Virus record (IMG/VR): IMGVR_UViG_3300045988_183533
Length of the DNA: 64,000 nucleotides
Source: a virus
Reading direction: 5' to 3' (one strand)
Part shown: piece by piece, positions 26,018 to 37,700 of the stretch
Position numbering within the stretch: the first letter of the stretch is position 1
Layout: the number at the start of each line of letters is the position of its first letter
The notes under the pieces: model-generated
What the model saw: the letters and a program-made list of their open reading frames with translations, nothing else
The model's database searches: none
What the model was told of the DNA's origin: nothing
Position numbers and translations under genes: made by a program

Positions 26018-26737
26018 TTATCCTGCGATGCTGCTTTCAGCAACCTCGAATGGCTTTACATCAACAAGCCTTACAGAAACAATGGTAGCAAGCAGGTCTT
26101 TGGTGCTATTGAAGATGATGTTCTTCTTCTCGCCAAAGGTATCATAGAACTGAGCAGAGCAGCGATTCGGATTGTCATCGGTATCCAGCATTTTGAATCC
26201 GCTCTCTCCTCTGCACAGCATCGTGGTAATATAACTACCCATATTGCAGAAGAAATCGGTTGTAGTGAACCGGAATACCGGAGGCGTTTTCTTACGGATG
26301 GTGATGTACCGCTCGTAAAGTTCTCCGTTGATTTCCGTAACCATCAGAAGTTCAAAGGTACAGACGAACTGCCCTGCTGTCGGTGCCGGAATTCCGTGTG
26401 TAGGCGTTCCCTTGTGCTGTGCTGCACTCTCCGCCTCGTACATGATTCCGTACTGCGTAACATTGACGGTGCCGAGGTTGTCAATCTTCTTGACAGTCTG
26501 ATGCTTGACGAGATAGCCATCGTACATAAGACGGTCAATGATTCTCTCGCCCTTGGCTTTCAGATTGTCGCCCTCAATCGTTGAAACGACTTCGTCAGAA
26601 CCCTCGTACTGATAGCCAACGACACGACCAAAACATGCAGGCGCATCGTTTTCACTTTCTACTTTCAGGGACATAACTGACCCGAAAGGGCAATACTCCG
26701 GAATTCTTTTCTTTGCTACATAACGTTTTTCTACCAT
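26018..26737 (-). CDS. Hypothetical protein (239 aa)
   Basis: GGGGGA RBS. Lies downstream of two tandem B-type promoters (26786-26814 and 26900-26931). Confidence 0.5.
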   Translation of the reverse strand: MVEKRYVAKKRIPEYCPFGSVMSLKVESENDAPACFGRVVGYQYEGSDEVVSTIEGDNLKAKGERIIDRLMYDGYLVKHQTVKKIDNLGTVNVTQYGIMYEAESAAQHKGTPTHGIPAPTAGQFVCTFELLMVTEINGELYERYITIRKKTPPVFRFTTTDFFCNMGSYITTMLCRGESGFKMLDTDDNPNRCSAQFYDTFGEKKNIIFNSTKDLLATIVSVRLVDVKPFEVAESSIAG

Positions 26738-26899
26738 TGAATCTGTCCCCCGTGTTTGCTTGTTGATTCGTATGATATTGCCTATTTATTCTAATATAGT
26801 CAACATCAAAAAACTGCGTAAAAAATCGCACAGATGTTCTTCTGCGCTGTTCCACCATAGAAATATCACCGATATTCCCTGTTCATCTTGAACATATCT

Positions 26900-26931
26900 A
26901 TATTATACCACATTAAAACAAGGTAGTCAAC
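26900..26931 (-). promoter_or_regulatory. B-type promoter (TTGACT-N17-TGTGGTATAAT); a second weaker copy lies at 26786-26814 (TTGACT-N17-CAATAT)
   Basis: -35 at 26925-26930, -10 at 26902-26907. Confidence 0.65.
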
Positions 26932-26939
26932 GACAAAAA

Positions 26940-26992
26940 CCGTCGCAAATGTTAGTTTTCGCATTTACGACGGCTGAAGTTATATTTTTTTG
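26940..26992 (-). terminator. Rho-independent terminator downstream of the flotillin gene (about 12-bp stem CCGTCGTAAATG/CATTTGCGACGG)
   Basis: Hairpin followed by a T-run on the minus strand. Confidence 0.55.
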
Positions 26993-26998
26993 AGCAAA

Positions 26999-28534
26999 TT
27001 ATTTTATATCGCTTGCGTTTTCGTCAGGTTCGATGTGTGCATTGTCATCAGCCTTCTCGATTACAGGCAAACCGTGAATGTTGATATTGCGGTCAGTCTT
27101 AGCATTGATACTATTCGCACGAACGATATCGGCCATATCAATACCGGTAGCTTCCTTGACGGTCTGCATGGTCTGTGCCATCAGCACGGGAACATTCCCG
27201 GACACGCCGGACACGCCAGATGCATCGCCGCCGATGATAGATACCTTATCGATTGCGGACAAGGGCTGAGCCACATTCTTAGCAATATCAGGCAGGACTT
27301 TGATAAGCATTTCAGCGACAGCGGCATCGTTGTACTGCTTGTAAGCCTCCGCCTTTTGCTTCATAGCTTCGGCTTCAGCAATACCCTTCTGACGGATAGC
27401 CTCAGCTTCTGCCTTACCTACAAGGGCAATACCTTCGGCTTCCTGCTGCTTTGCAAATTTCTGAGCCTCAGCAGCGCGTTCGGCTTCGTATTTTTTTGCT
27501 TCTGCTTCTTTTTGGCGTTTATACAATTCGGCATCCGCAGCTTTGCGAACCTCTGCATCCAGTTTTCTCTGCTGAACCTCGGCTTCCTGTGCAGCAAGGT
27601 CGACCATCTTCTTCTGCTTTGCGATTTCCGCATCAGCTTCGGCTTCCTTGATTTCCTTGGCGCGAAGATTTGTCTGAATCTGTCCTGCAGCGTTGGCATC
27701 AGCAGCAGCCTTGTCAGCCTCGGCCTTCAATTTGGCCTTTGCCAGCTGCAATTCATTGTTGCGCTGTGCAATAGCAGTCTGGGCTTCAACTTCCTTTTCA
27801 TTGGCTGCCATTTCAGCGTCAGCCTTTGCGCGAGCAATATCACGAGCGGCTTCGGCACGAGCAATCTCTGCACGTTTCTTGACGGCTTCTTCCTGCTCAA
27901 TACCAATAGCCTCAATGACGCCGTGATTGTGACCCTGCGCATCAACGGCGTCTTTTACATCCTGCACATTGAAGGTTACAACTTCGAGGCCCATCTTTGC
28001 AAGGTCAGGACGGGCATTTTCGATTACTGACAGCGCCATTTGTTTACGATTTGTGAGAATCTGGTCAACCGTCATATCCGAAACGATTTCGCGCAGGTTG
28101 CCTTGCAAGACATCATTTACTTTGTCATTGATGCCTTTTTCGTCCATACCAAGGAAGTTCGAAATAGCCGACTGCTGACGACCCGTAATATATTCTTTGA
28201 CATCCTTTGCACCAGATGCCTGAACCTCAGAGTCGAGAACAGTAGAATTATCGCTGTATACCTGAATCGTTACAACAGAATCAATCCAGAGCGATACGCC
28301 TTCTTTTGTCTTGACACCCGTCTCGGGGGTTTTGACATCAATTTTCAGAAGACGCATATTCAGCTTATCTGCACGCTGCAGCACAGGGATGACAAATGTA
28401 CCCTTTCCACAAACGACCTTGGGCTTTTTCAAGCCAAATCCAGTCACAACGATGGCTGCTGTGGGAGGCGCTTTTTTGTAGCATGTGAATGCGAACAAAA
28501 CAAACAATACGACAATGATGATTCCTAAAAACAT
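26999..28534 (-). CDS. floT: Flotillin / SPFH (band-7) family protein (511 aa)
   Basis: N-terminal TM, SPFH domain, long A/E/K-rich coiled coil (EA repeats) and a C-terminal domain. Architecture and length match FloT/YuaG. AAAGGAG RBS. Confidence 0.7.
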   Translation of the reverse strand: MFLGIIIVVLFVLFAFTCYKKAPPTAAIVVTGFGLKKPKVVCGKGTFVIPVLQRADKLNMRLLKIDVKTPETGVKTKEGVSLWIDSVVTIQVYSDNSTVLDSEVQASGAKDVKEYITGRQQSAISNFLGMDEKGINDKVNDVLQGNLREIVSDMTVDQILTNRKQMALSVIENARPDLAKMGLEVVTFNVQDVKDAVDAQGHNHGVIEAIGIEQEEAVKKRAEIARAEAARDIARAKADAEMAANEKEVEAQTAIAQRNNELQLAKAKLKAEADKAAADANAAGQIQTNLRAKEIKEAEADAEIAKQKKMVDLAAQEAEVQQRKLDAEVRKAADAELYKRQKEAEAKKYEAERAAEAQKFAKQQEAEGIALVGKAEAEAIRQKGIAEAEAMKQKAEAYKQYNDAAVAEMLIKVLPDIAKNVAQPLSAIDKVSIIGGDASGVSGVSGNVPVLMAQTMQTVKEATGIDMADIVRANSINAKTDRNINIHGLPVIEKADDNAHIEPDENASDIK

Positions 28535-28549
28535 GGTATACTCCTTTTC

Positions 28550-28780
28550 TTATCTGCAATGTGATTTGCAATACTTTGACACTTTGCTGGCGACCTCTTT
28601 CTTGAATGCATATTCATCACATTGTGCCAAACGCATTTTATATATCTCCTGCTGTTTGGCAACACGAGCCGAATAGCCTTCGCATATGGAATGACATCCA
28701 GCTTTGCGATGTGGGCATTGATAACAGGTTCTAAAAATGTCGTGTTCGCTCGCACTTCCAGTATTGCTGTTCGATGTCAT
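28550..28780 (-). CDS. Small Cys-rich protein (76 aa), co-operonic with the flotillin gene
   Basis: GGGGGA RBS; CYQCPHRKAGCHSICEGY ... CKSHC. Confidence 0.5.
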   Translation of the reverse strand: MTSNSNTGSASEHDIFRTCYQCPHRKAGCHSICEGYSARVAKQQEIYKMRLAQCDEYAFKKEVASKVSKYCKSHCR

Positions 28781-28816
28781 AAATGGAATTCCCCCTGTCT
28801 TTCCAATTGATATATT

Positions 28817-28848
28817 ATATTATACCACAAATAAGCAAGCGAATCAAT
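28817..28848 (-). promoter_or_regulatory. B-type promoter (TTGATT-N17-TGTGGTATAAT)
   Basis: -10 at 28819-28824, -35 at 28842-28847. Confidence 0.6.
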
Positions 28849-28898
28849 CAAAAAGACGAGTAAGATACTTCTCACTCGCCTTCTACTCTTTTGTATTG

Positions 28899-29987
28899 TT
28901 AGGTTTCTTCGCTGTCTTCGCTATCTTCTTCTTTGCGACTATCCTTAGAGAACCCAACAAAACCGCATGCGCCTGCAGAAATTCCAAAGATTACTGCCAT
29001 GATGGGCATGATGAGTCTGTTTCGATATACAGCGCCTACAATGAAATTGGCGTTAGCTACCTGCTCCAATACATAGTGTGCAATCGCACAAATCGTAAGT
29101 TCGGAAGCATTACCGAACGATTCATCAAGACCGATGCTGAGCAGCGACATGGAATAGGTTGCGCTGGCTACATACTTGATTTCGATAGGTGCAGCGGTTT
29201 CATATACAGCTACATAACTCTTGCCTGTGTTCTTTTGGCCGTAGATAGACAGTGTACGGTAGAAACCACCCTCTGCTCTCGCCACCGGGCCGCTCGTCCA
29301 TTTACCGCCTGTGATTTTGTAGGAATCACTACTCAGACCGATGGCAGACATCAAGTCATTCTTATATCCATCCCAGAGCGGCGTGGCGGGGTTGTATGGA
29401 TGGATTTTTCCGAGATAGACATATGCGGTGGCACCTTCCGGAATTACGACTTGTCCATCAATCGTGAAATCGACCCATGTATCGGTGTCCTCGACTTCAT
29501 TGACCTCTTTCAGAACGCCTTCAACTTCCGTACCATCATCAAGAGTGAAGGTCTTGTTTTGCGGGGCGTTCGGTTTTTTGTCTTCGCCCTTGTACTCCAC
29601 TGTCATTTCCGTAGGAATATCCGCCTGCTCCTCCGTATACTGAACATCTTCGAGCGGCAACTCATACTGTTCTCCACCCAGCGTTACAGTATAGGTCTGA
29701 GGAACTTCTTTTACAGTCAAATCCGTATATTCTACGGTTTCTTGATACTTGGTATTGAGTTCCCTTTGCTGATAATCTACGCTGTCTTCGTCGAGGACAT
29801 AGGTATTGCCGTTCTCCTCAATTTCCTTCGGAAGAGGATTGGCATCGGCTTCTTCTTGGTCCTTGTAATTGAACTCACGAGTGATATCAATATCAACATC
29901 GCCAAGAGAAGTCAACGCTTGTGTAGAAATACATCCTACACAAAGCAGCGCACTTACAAAAGCAAGCACTCTCATTACATTTTTCAT
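28899..29987 (-). CDS. Secreted protein with C-terminal TM anchor and acidic tail (about 363 aa)
   Basis: Preferred start is MKNVMRVLAFVSALL (signal peptide), but the RBS is weak and the track's longer start at 30104 cannot be excluded. Confidence 0.45.
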   Translation of the reverse strand: MKNVMRVLAFVSALLCVGCISTQALTSLGDVDIDITREFNYKDQEEADANPLPKEIEENGNTYVLDEDSVDYQQRELNTKYQETVEYTDLTVKEVPQTYTVTLGGEQYELPLEDVQYTEEQADIPTEMTVEYKGEDKKPNAPQNKTFTLDDGTEVEGVLKEVNEVEDTDTWVDFTIDGQVVIPEGATAYVYLGKIHPYNPATPLWDGYKNDLMSAIGLSSDSYKITGGKWTSGPVARAEGGFYRTLSIYGQKNTGKSYVAVYETAAPIEIKYVASATYSMSLLSIGLDESFGNASELTICAIAHYVLEQVANANFIVGAVYRNRLIMPIMAVIFGISAGACGFVGFSKDSRKEEDSEDSEET

Positions 29988-30049
29988 AGCTTTTTTGGGC
30001 GTCTTAGCAGCTTGTCTGCTTGTACGCCGCCTCCTTTCGAATTCTCCTT

Positions 30050-30080
30050 TTATTGTATCTACTTTGCAGCAAATAGCAAA
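30050..30080 (-). promoter_or_regulatory. A-type promoter-like element, copy e (TTGCTA-N16-TACAAT)
   Basis: -35 at 30074-30079, -10 at 30052-30057. Confidence 0.45.
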
Positions 30081-30126
30081 GAAAAAAGCCGAGCGGCTTA
30101 TCACCGCTCGGCATCCCCATCACATA

Positions 30127-30678
30127 TCAATCTTCATCGACGTCTTCGTTGACAGTCGTGTTTACTCGTTCCTCTTTCGGAATGTACTTAGGTGTGGGCT
30201 CACAACGACATTTGAGTACATATTCACTATCACCAAACGCAAGTTCCATCAATGCTAACGGGTAGGCAAAAAATAGTTTCTTGGCAAACGCTTCATCCTT
30301 ATCAAATGCTTTGGCAAGCTTCTTGTAAAAAAACCAACAATAAATCGCCAATGCAATGGTACAGACTACATAATCGCAATCCAAAATCGTAAAGCGTGGA
30401 TGTTGAACTCTATCCATAAAGAACGCAATCCAAAAGAACGACGGAATGCATGGGGCAATAGAACCGACACCGTATACTATGGGATATACACCGTAAGAGC
30501 CGTATGCGAAAATTAACGGCGATGCGCCTTTCTTGTACGCTTTATAAGACATTTTCATAACGCATACAAAAACAGTTATGAGCACGGCGTAAATCGGGAG
30601 TATGGCGATGACATGGAAAATACCGAGCTCTCTTGTAAAGGTGTACAAAAGTGTGCTTAAAAATAAAATAACTGGCAT
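30127..30678 (-). CDS. Polytopic membrane protein (183 aa)
   Basis: GAGGAGG RBS; B-type promoter 30699-30730 directly upstream. Confidence 0.5.
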   Translation of the reverse strand: MPVILFLSTLLYTFTRELGIFHVIAILPIYAVLITVFVCVMKMSYKAYKKGASPLIFAYGSYGVYPIVYGVGSIAPCIPSFFWIAFFMDRVQHPRFTILDCDYVVCTIALAIYCWFFYKKLAKAFDKDEAFAKKLFFAYPLALMELAFGDSEYVLKCRCEPTPKYIPKEERVNTTVNEDVDED

Positions 30679-30698
30679 TTTTATTCCTCCTCTTTTTT

Positions 30699-30730
30699 AT
30701 ATTATACCACATTTCGCTTTAATGGTCAAC
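30699..30730 (-). promoter_or_regulatory. B-type promoter (TTGACC-N17-TGTGGTATAAT)
   Basis: -10 at 30701-30706, -35 at 30724-30729. Confidence 0.65.
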
Positions 30731-30740
30731 TTGCATAATA

Positions 30741-30776
30741 CAAAAAAGATAGCCACCCATTTCTGAGCGGCTATCT
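30741..30776 (-). terminator. Rho-independent terminator (GATAGCC...GGCTATC, T6)
   Basis: Lies downstream of the lipoprotein gene ending at 30926. Confidence 0.5.
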
Positions 30777-30925
30777 GAAGATTTGAGGTCCGCATTCAGT
30801 GCCTAAACACTGTTTTGTCTCCCTGATGACTGGTTTTATCGTTGCTCACCAACCGCAGGTCTATACATCCTGCATCGCACTTGAGAAAATAATCGAGTTT
30901 ATGTGCCAGCCTCACAAGGTGTCTT

Positions 30926-31582
30926 TTAGCCTACTGCAGTTTCGTCAGCAGGGGCCTCGGACTCAGCAGCAGAATCAGCCTCGGCAGTATCCTCAGAGGA
31001 AGCCTCCTCAGTGGATTCGGCGGCATCGCCATCAGTCTCGGTGCTTTCAGCCTCGCTGTCGGAAGTCTCACTGTCAGCAGCTTCAGATTCAGCAGTGCTC
31101 TCAGTCTCGGATGCGGCCGCTTCCTCAGCAGGCACGGAGGTAGCCACCAGCAGATTGCCCTCGGCGTCAGCCTGACCACAGTTGTACAGATATGCGAACG
31201 CGGCGCTCAGATTGTCGAACTTGGACAGGTCAGGGACCTCAACGGTAGAACCGTCCTCAGCGGTCTTGGTGCCGTCGAAATGAACGCTGCCATCCTCGTC
31301 ATAGCGAACGGCGACAGTGTAACCATCGCTTGCCAGAGCTTCGGTCATATAAGCGGCATAAGCGTTCATGGTGGTCTTCATCTGGTCCTCACTCAGAGAA
31401 ACACCATCGGGCATCTCAGTCAGCTTGCTGTTATCCAGAACCTCAACTGCGGACTCACTGGTCGCGCCGCTTGCACTGGCAGCATCATCCTTCTTGCCAC
31501 AACCAACAAATGCAGTGCAGGCCATTGCCATAGCGAGACACAGCGCAGCACCCTTCTTTACAGAACTCTTGTTAACCTTCTG
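30926..31582 (-). CDS. Lipoprotein with acidic S/T/E/D-rich C-terminal tail
   Basis: Start MQKVNKSS at 31582 with AAAAGGAGAAG RBS; lipobox FVGC. Confidence 0.6.
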   Translation of the reverse strand, partial: QKVNKSSVKKGAALCLAMAMACTAFVGCGKKDDAASASGATSESAVEVLDNSKLTEMPDGVSLSEDQMKTTMNAYAAYMTEALASDGYTVAVRYDEDGSVHFDGTKTAEDGSTVEVPDLSKFDNLSAAFAYLYNCGQADAEGNLLVATSVPAEEAAASETESTAESEAADSETSDSEAESTETDGDAAESTEEASSEDTAEADSAAESEAPADETAVG

Positions 31583-31651
31583 CATGAGTAACTTCTCCTT
31601 TTTCATGTGTGTTTGTTTGACGTGCATAAACAAGCTTCATGCACTATGCTT

Positions 31652-31683
31652 ATATTATACCACCAAAAGCATAAATAGTCAAC
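31652..31683 (-). promoter_or_regulatory. B-type promoter (TTGACT-N17-TGGTGGTATAAT)
   Basis: -10 at 31654-31659, -35 at 31677-31682. Confidence 0.65.
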
Positions 31684-31761
31684 AAAGAATAGCGCCCCAC
31701 AGATTTACCTGTGGAGCGCTATATGTTATCTCTTACGCGGAGTAGAGATTATTTCAGTTGG

Positions 31762-34700
31762 TTACTGCTTCTTTTCCTCGGTTTTATCCTCGGTCTTTTC
31801 AGCAGCTTTTTCTTCGCTATCGCCCTTCTTCTTCTTAACGATGACAAATGCGCCAACGCCAATCAGAGCAACAACAACGATAACAGGAACGATGATGTCT
31901 GCGCCAAAACCAACGCCAGTCTTGTAGTTGACTACAACAGGTGCCGGAGTGGGAGCGGGTTCATTCTTGACTACAGGAGTCGGAGTCGGTCTGCTTTCTT
32001 CCGGAGGATTCTCCAGCTTAACACTTGCTACCCGAACATCACCGTAGTTGCCTGCCTTATCGACTGTACGGGTCACAATGTAACCAGTCCAATCGGGGCT
32101 CAGCTTGAAGGTAACATAACCGTTGTCCTTATCAATGTTTGTAACATTGACAGTCTCGAACTTGGTTTCGTCGAAGGTGTAATCGCCATCAGCACTCTTG
32201 GCAATAGCAGAACCATTGACCTTGTAATACTGAATCTTAGCGACACCGGAGTTGTACTCGCCATCCAGAGCGGAGATAGCAGGAACGGAATCCTTGACCT
32301 TTACAACAGGCACGAAGTCGGGGTCTTCGGTATCATCCTTGCCACCGTTTTCGTCGGGAGTAGCAACGACATCGTTACCGTTTTCATCACCGGTCTCGTC
32401 GCCGGTTGTGAAGAGAGCGGGCTTACCATGAGCAATACGAAGCGTAGTGGCTTCGGTCTTGTCATTGGTCGTTTCGGTCTTTTCGGACTCGGCGGGAACC
32501 TTCTCATCTGTACCGGATTCGGTTTCATCCTTCTTACCGGAATCTTCCTTCTTGTCGGTATCGTCCTTCTTATCGTCGTCCTTTTCGGGAGCCTTGCCAG
32601 TCTCTTCACCAGTAATGAACACATTGATGGTGCTCTCGAACTTGACGAACTTCTCGTTCAGCAAATCGGTCTTATTGGTGGAATCAACCTTATCGGCAGC
32701 GAAAGCAGAAGCAACGACAGGAGCTTCGGTATCAACAGATGTGGTGATAGTTCCCATCTCGGTAATGGCACCGGTCTTCAGGTCAATCAGGTAATAGGTA
32801 GAAGTAACCTTCTCACTATTAGCGGAAATGACCATCTTCTCGGCCCACTCAGCATCGGTCAGGGAATCGCTGGTTCCGATTGCGTAACCCTTAGGAGCGA
32901 TAACTTCAACCTTAGAGTTGAAGTACAGGCCACTCAGGTCATCAGTCGTCTTCTTGGTAACCTCAACAGGCTTACCGGTCTTTTCGTCAGCCACAGTACC
33001 AACGATAGTTGCGGGCTCTACATCGGAAAGATGCAGACGCTGAACTTCGAGGTCTCCGGTGGTAGGCAGGTAATTGTAGTTGTCGTAAGCGCCGCCAACA
33101 TACTTGAAAGCGTCCTTCGTCAAGCCAACATTACCGAAAATACCATCGATGCTGGAAGCAACAATGAGTTCGAAGGAAGGCAACTTAACGGTTTCAGCAG
33201 TCTCGTCGAAAGCGTAACCACTGGTCTTGATTTCGGGAATCTCCGTCTTGGTGCCATACAGCTTGACGACGGGGTTCGGGTCGAGAGTAACCGTCAGGTC
33301 TTTGCGAGCGATAACGAACTGACCATCGGCTTCGTTCTTATCAGCATCAACGACCTTGATGGTTACTGCGTAATTCTGCTCGACAGCGGCATCATAATCA
33401 GAGGTAACGGTGTAGGTGTAAGTACCAGCGTTCTTGACGTTTTCAGTCTTGAACTGGCTGTCACTCTCCACGCCGTCATCGCCGCTTGCGATATCAGGAG
33501 TCAGAGTCGCCTTTGCATCAGCAGTCAAGGGAGCAGTCTGTGCATTGTCGGTGGTCTTGTCGTTCTCGAAAGGAGTATAAACAAGTGCCATTTTCAGGCC
33601 CAGAGAATCAGGCTTGACAGCTGCACCGTGCGTACCATCGCCATTGGTGGCAACAGCATTTACGGTAAAGTCGGGGTTGGTGGTGTCGCCGTAAACGATA
33701 TCCTTCGGCTCGGTGACAGTGACTTCGACCAGACGCTCGCCAATGGTGTAGACGCCATTGACAATCGTAATCAGATAGTCATCGTTGTCATAAGAACCGA
33801 CCATATCGTAAGCGCCGTAGTCCTTCACGGACTCGGGCACGCTCTCCGCAACCAGAGAAGCAGCACCATCAACAGACTTCATGGAAATCTCTTCGGCAAC
33901 CGCATTCTCAACATCCTTCTTGGTGATGCTGATAATAGCTTTCAGGTCATCGCCATTCACGATAGTCTTCTTATCGGCATCGCCAGTATAGGTGAGGGTA
34001 TTGCTCAGTTCGGCCATTTCATTGCCGTAGACAGAACCAACAGTGCCGATGGTCCAAGTCAGAGGACGCTGAGTGACCGTGTAAGTGCCGTTCATGGCAG
34101 TTACCAGATAATCCTGATAAGAAGCCTGACCGACGCGGTGAGCCAGACCGGAGAAGGAAGGAACGATGTCGTAGCCTCCGACATGGCTTGCAGAAGTGAC
34201 GAGGCACAGGTTCGTGCCTTCCAGAATATCACCATTGACCAGAGCTGCCTTGGCAGTGTCGCCAGTGTATTCCAGAACGTTCACTGTGCCGTAATCAGAC
34301 CAATCTTCAACAGCAACATCGTCGCCATAGATGGAAGTCTGGGGCTTAGCAGTGATAGTGATGGGACGCTTGTTGATAACGAAATCAACAGGGGCGTAAA
34401 CAAAGGTGTAGTTGTTTGCGGCGGCATTCTCAACATTTGCAGGAACGACCTTGCCGGTACCAGCGTGAGAAGCTACCGTTGCAGGAGCACCCTCAGCGTC
34501 AGTAAAGTTGAAGGTCAGGTTCGCAACGCTCAGAACACCAGCGTCATCAGGAGTAGTGTTGCCCTTGACGGGTTTTACAACGAATCCATCGAAAATCAGG
34601 TTATCGCCGGAGAGAACAGGGTTCTCATCGCCGTAAATCTTGCTCTGAGCTGCCAGAGTGACATTCAGAGTAGCAGGAGTGATTTCGAAGGTGTTGTTTA

Positions 34701-37700
34701 CGCGGGTGATGTTGAAGTTGACATCGTCACCTTCAATAATCATCGGATGCTTGCCGACATCCTCACCAGCATCGGTGCCAGCGTCAGGGCGAACAACCTT
34801 CAGGTTTGCGAGGTCACCTGCATTCTTGCTTACATAGTAAGCGCCGTCGCCAGTTGCAGTCCAAGTCAGTTCGGGGTCAGCCTCGCCGTAGACCTTCTTC
34901 TGGCCTTCATCAACAACCACGATTACATCGCGCTTATCGACATGCAGAGAACCATCCACATAGACGATGGGGTCATAGTTCTTTGCGCCATTGTTTTCCA
35001 GACCGCTCATGGTGATGACATAATCGCCAGCAGCAGGACGAGCGGGAATCTCGGACAGAGAACCGTCAGCATTCTTGATGTTGTAGACAACCGAGCCAGT
35101 GAATGCGGAAGCAACGGTGTCATTGTTCTTCAAGCCAGTAACGGTGTAGCTGAACGTGGGAACGGTGCCGCCATAAATCATGGAATAACCGCCAGCCACA
35201 GTAAAGGTGACCTTAACGGGCTTGATGGTCAGAGTAGCAACTTCCATAGCTTCGGGCTCGGTGGTGGAAGAACCAACGTCGACGGAAGTGCCGGAGCCAG
35301 TCACGATGGTGATGGCGTAGTTGCCGTACTTGTTGTACAGAGTGGAGCTGATGGGGTATTCACCAACATCCTCACCGGCTTTGCGAGTGACAGAGCCGCT
35401 CAGAGCACCAGTAGTCAGTTCCAGCGTATTCTTCTTCAGACCATCGTTGGAAATGTTGCCGGAAATCTCGCTGTAAGAGAATGCGGGGTCTGCATCGCCG
35501 TAATCCTTCTCGTAGTTGGAGAAAGTCAGGGTGATGGGACGAGGAGTGATGGTGATGGTAGAATCAATCACCGTCAGGTCGTAGTTGGCAGGCTGTGCGT
35601 AGATAGCTTTCAGAGCATAAGTGCCAACGCTTGCGGAAGCAGAAGTTGCACCGGAAGTCAGGGTAATGCCCTTAAGAATCTTTTCGGCTTCTGCTGCCTG
35701 AACATCAGTAGTAGTCAGCAGACCAGTGCCGCCCTTGATGTAATCCTTCACGTTCATAGAAGTGAGGGTCTCACCATAGGTCTTTTCGGTTTCGAGCAGG
35801 TTGATAACGGCAGTACGCTTATTGATGGTGAAGCGAACATCATTGGTGAAGCTGATACGATAGTTCTTTGCCATCGTCTGCTCATAGATGTTACCGCTGT
35901 AAATCGGATAAGTGCCAGCGTTCTCGCCTGCTTCACGGCTCAGACGAGCCTGTGCAAAGTCGGCCTTGGGTTCTGCGAAGCTGGTGGTGTTGTAGTCGAA
36001 GATGACATAGGTATCGTTGACTGCAAAGCTGGGGTCAGTCTCGCCGTAAGTCTTGGACAGACCATAGCGAGGAGTGATGGTCAGGGGCATCTGATGAACA
36101 ATCAGCATGTTCTTGCCATCGGGCTCAGACAGCTTAACGCTGTTTGCAGGCTGGTTATCCAGACGGAAGGTCAGGTTGTAAGAGCCTGCATCGTACAGAC
36201 CAGAAGCGTTCGCAGTAGCCTCAACAGCGATACGAACAACGCCCAGAGAAACATCCTTGCCGTCCATCTTGATATTGACGGTTTCGCCATCGTGGTAAAT
36301 CTGAGTGCCATCGGAGGTATTCACGTTGACGGAAACTTCCTTGGCGATGGTATCGGGCTTCTTCTCACCGTAAGTAGTCTGCAGTGCGTTGAAGGTGACA
36401 GAGACATCAGCCTCGGTAACTTGGAACGTGGCCTGCGGAGCAATCGTTACGATGTAGTTGGGGTTCTCATCATAGGAGATGGTAGCTTCATAGTTGCCGA
36501 CAACCGTAGTGGGGTCTTCCCACTTGGTCAGGTCGATGTGGATGTTCAGCGGGCTGCCCTGCGGGTCAACCACATTGATAGCCTGAGAACCGGTCTCGTC
36601 ATACAGCGCATAGCTGGGGGTATTCTTACCGGCAACGCCGTACTTACGGACGCTGTTGGTAGTACCCTTGATGGTGACAGGCAGTGCATTGATAGTCAGC
36701 GTACCGCTTGTACCATCGCTGTAAGTTCCGGTATAAACGATGTTGTAGTTGGGGTTGGTGTAACCGGAAACAACAATAGGATAGGTACCGACACCAGTCA
36801 GCTTACCAACAGTATTGTCAACGCCATACTTGATGGTGACAGTGCCGCCCAGAGAAGCGACGGTATCATGGATGCCGATTTCATCGTTGCTTGCGAAGTT
36901 CTTGTATTCCAGTGCGCCGGTAATGTCGGCATCGCTGGGATTCTCGGAACCATACAGACGTTCACGGTTCGGAACGGTGATAGTCAGAGTACGCTTGGTG
37001 ATAGTGTACTTATCGGGGGCATTGAAGGTGATGTCGTAGTTCTTGGCGATTTCAGCAGTCTGGAACTGTGCATCGCTGTAAGCGTAAGAACCAACGGTCT
37101 CGCCGACCTCACGGGTCACAACGCAGCCAGCAAAGTCGGAACCAACACGGCCGCCCTTGCCATTGACGGGGTCAAGAGTAAAGGCAACGCCGCCCTTGGC
37201 ATCACTGTCGCCGTAAACCTTCGTCTGACCACCCATCACATTGATGGCGATAGGACGCTTGGTGACGGTCAGCTTGCTGCTGACAAAACGAACCAGATAG
37301 TTGTCGTAACGGTCGTAGTTCTTGCCATCGGCATTGGGGTCCCAGTCAGAAGACCAACGCTCCTGAGAAGCACCCTGCACAGATGCGCTGACGGTGTATT
37401 CGCCAACATTGGCTGTTGTAGGAGTACCGCTGTTGCCAGCCGCATCTACCATAGTAAAGCCAAGCTTGTCCTCGGTCAAACCGATGCTTGCCTGTGTATC
37501 GTTCAGCTTGAAACCTTCGATGGATTTAATCTTACCGGAACGAGCAGCGCCATACATTGCGGACAGGTCATCGAGAGTAACAGTCAGCATTGCGGGATGG
37601 ATGATGTACTTGCTGTTGATGACCTTGACGTCATAGTAAGCAGTGCATGCAGGGGGGACTTCGACAGTCATCGGATATTCGCCAACATTCTTATTGTCGA

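Noticed and set aside
29940-29990. Lipobox assignment for the 28899..29987 protein (LLCVGC)
   Set aside because: The residue at -3 is Cys and fails the lipobox rule, so it is treated as an ordinary signal peptide.
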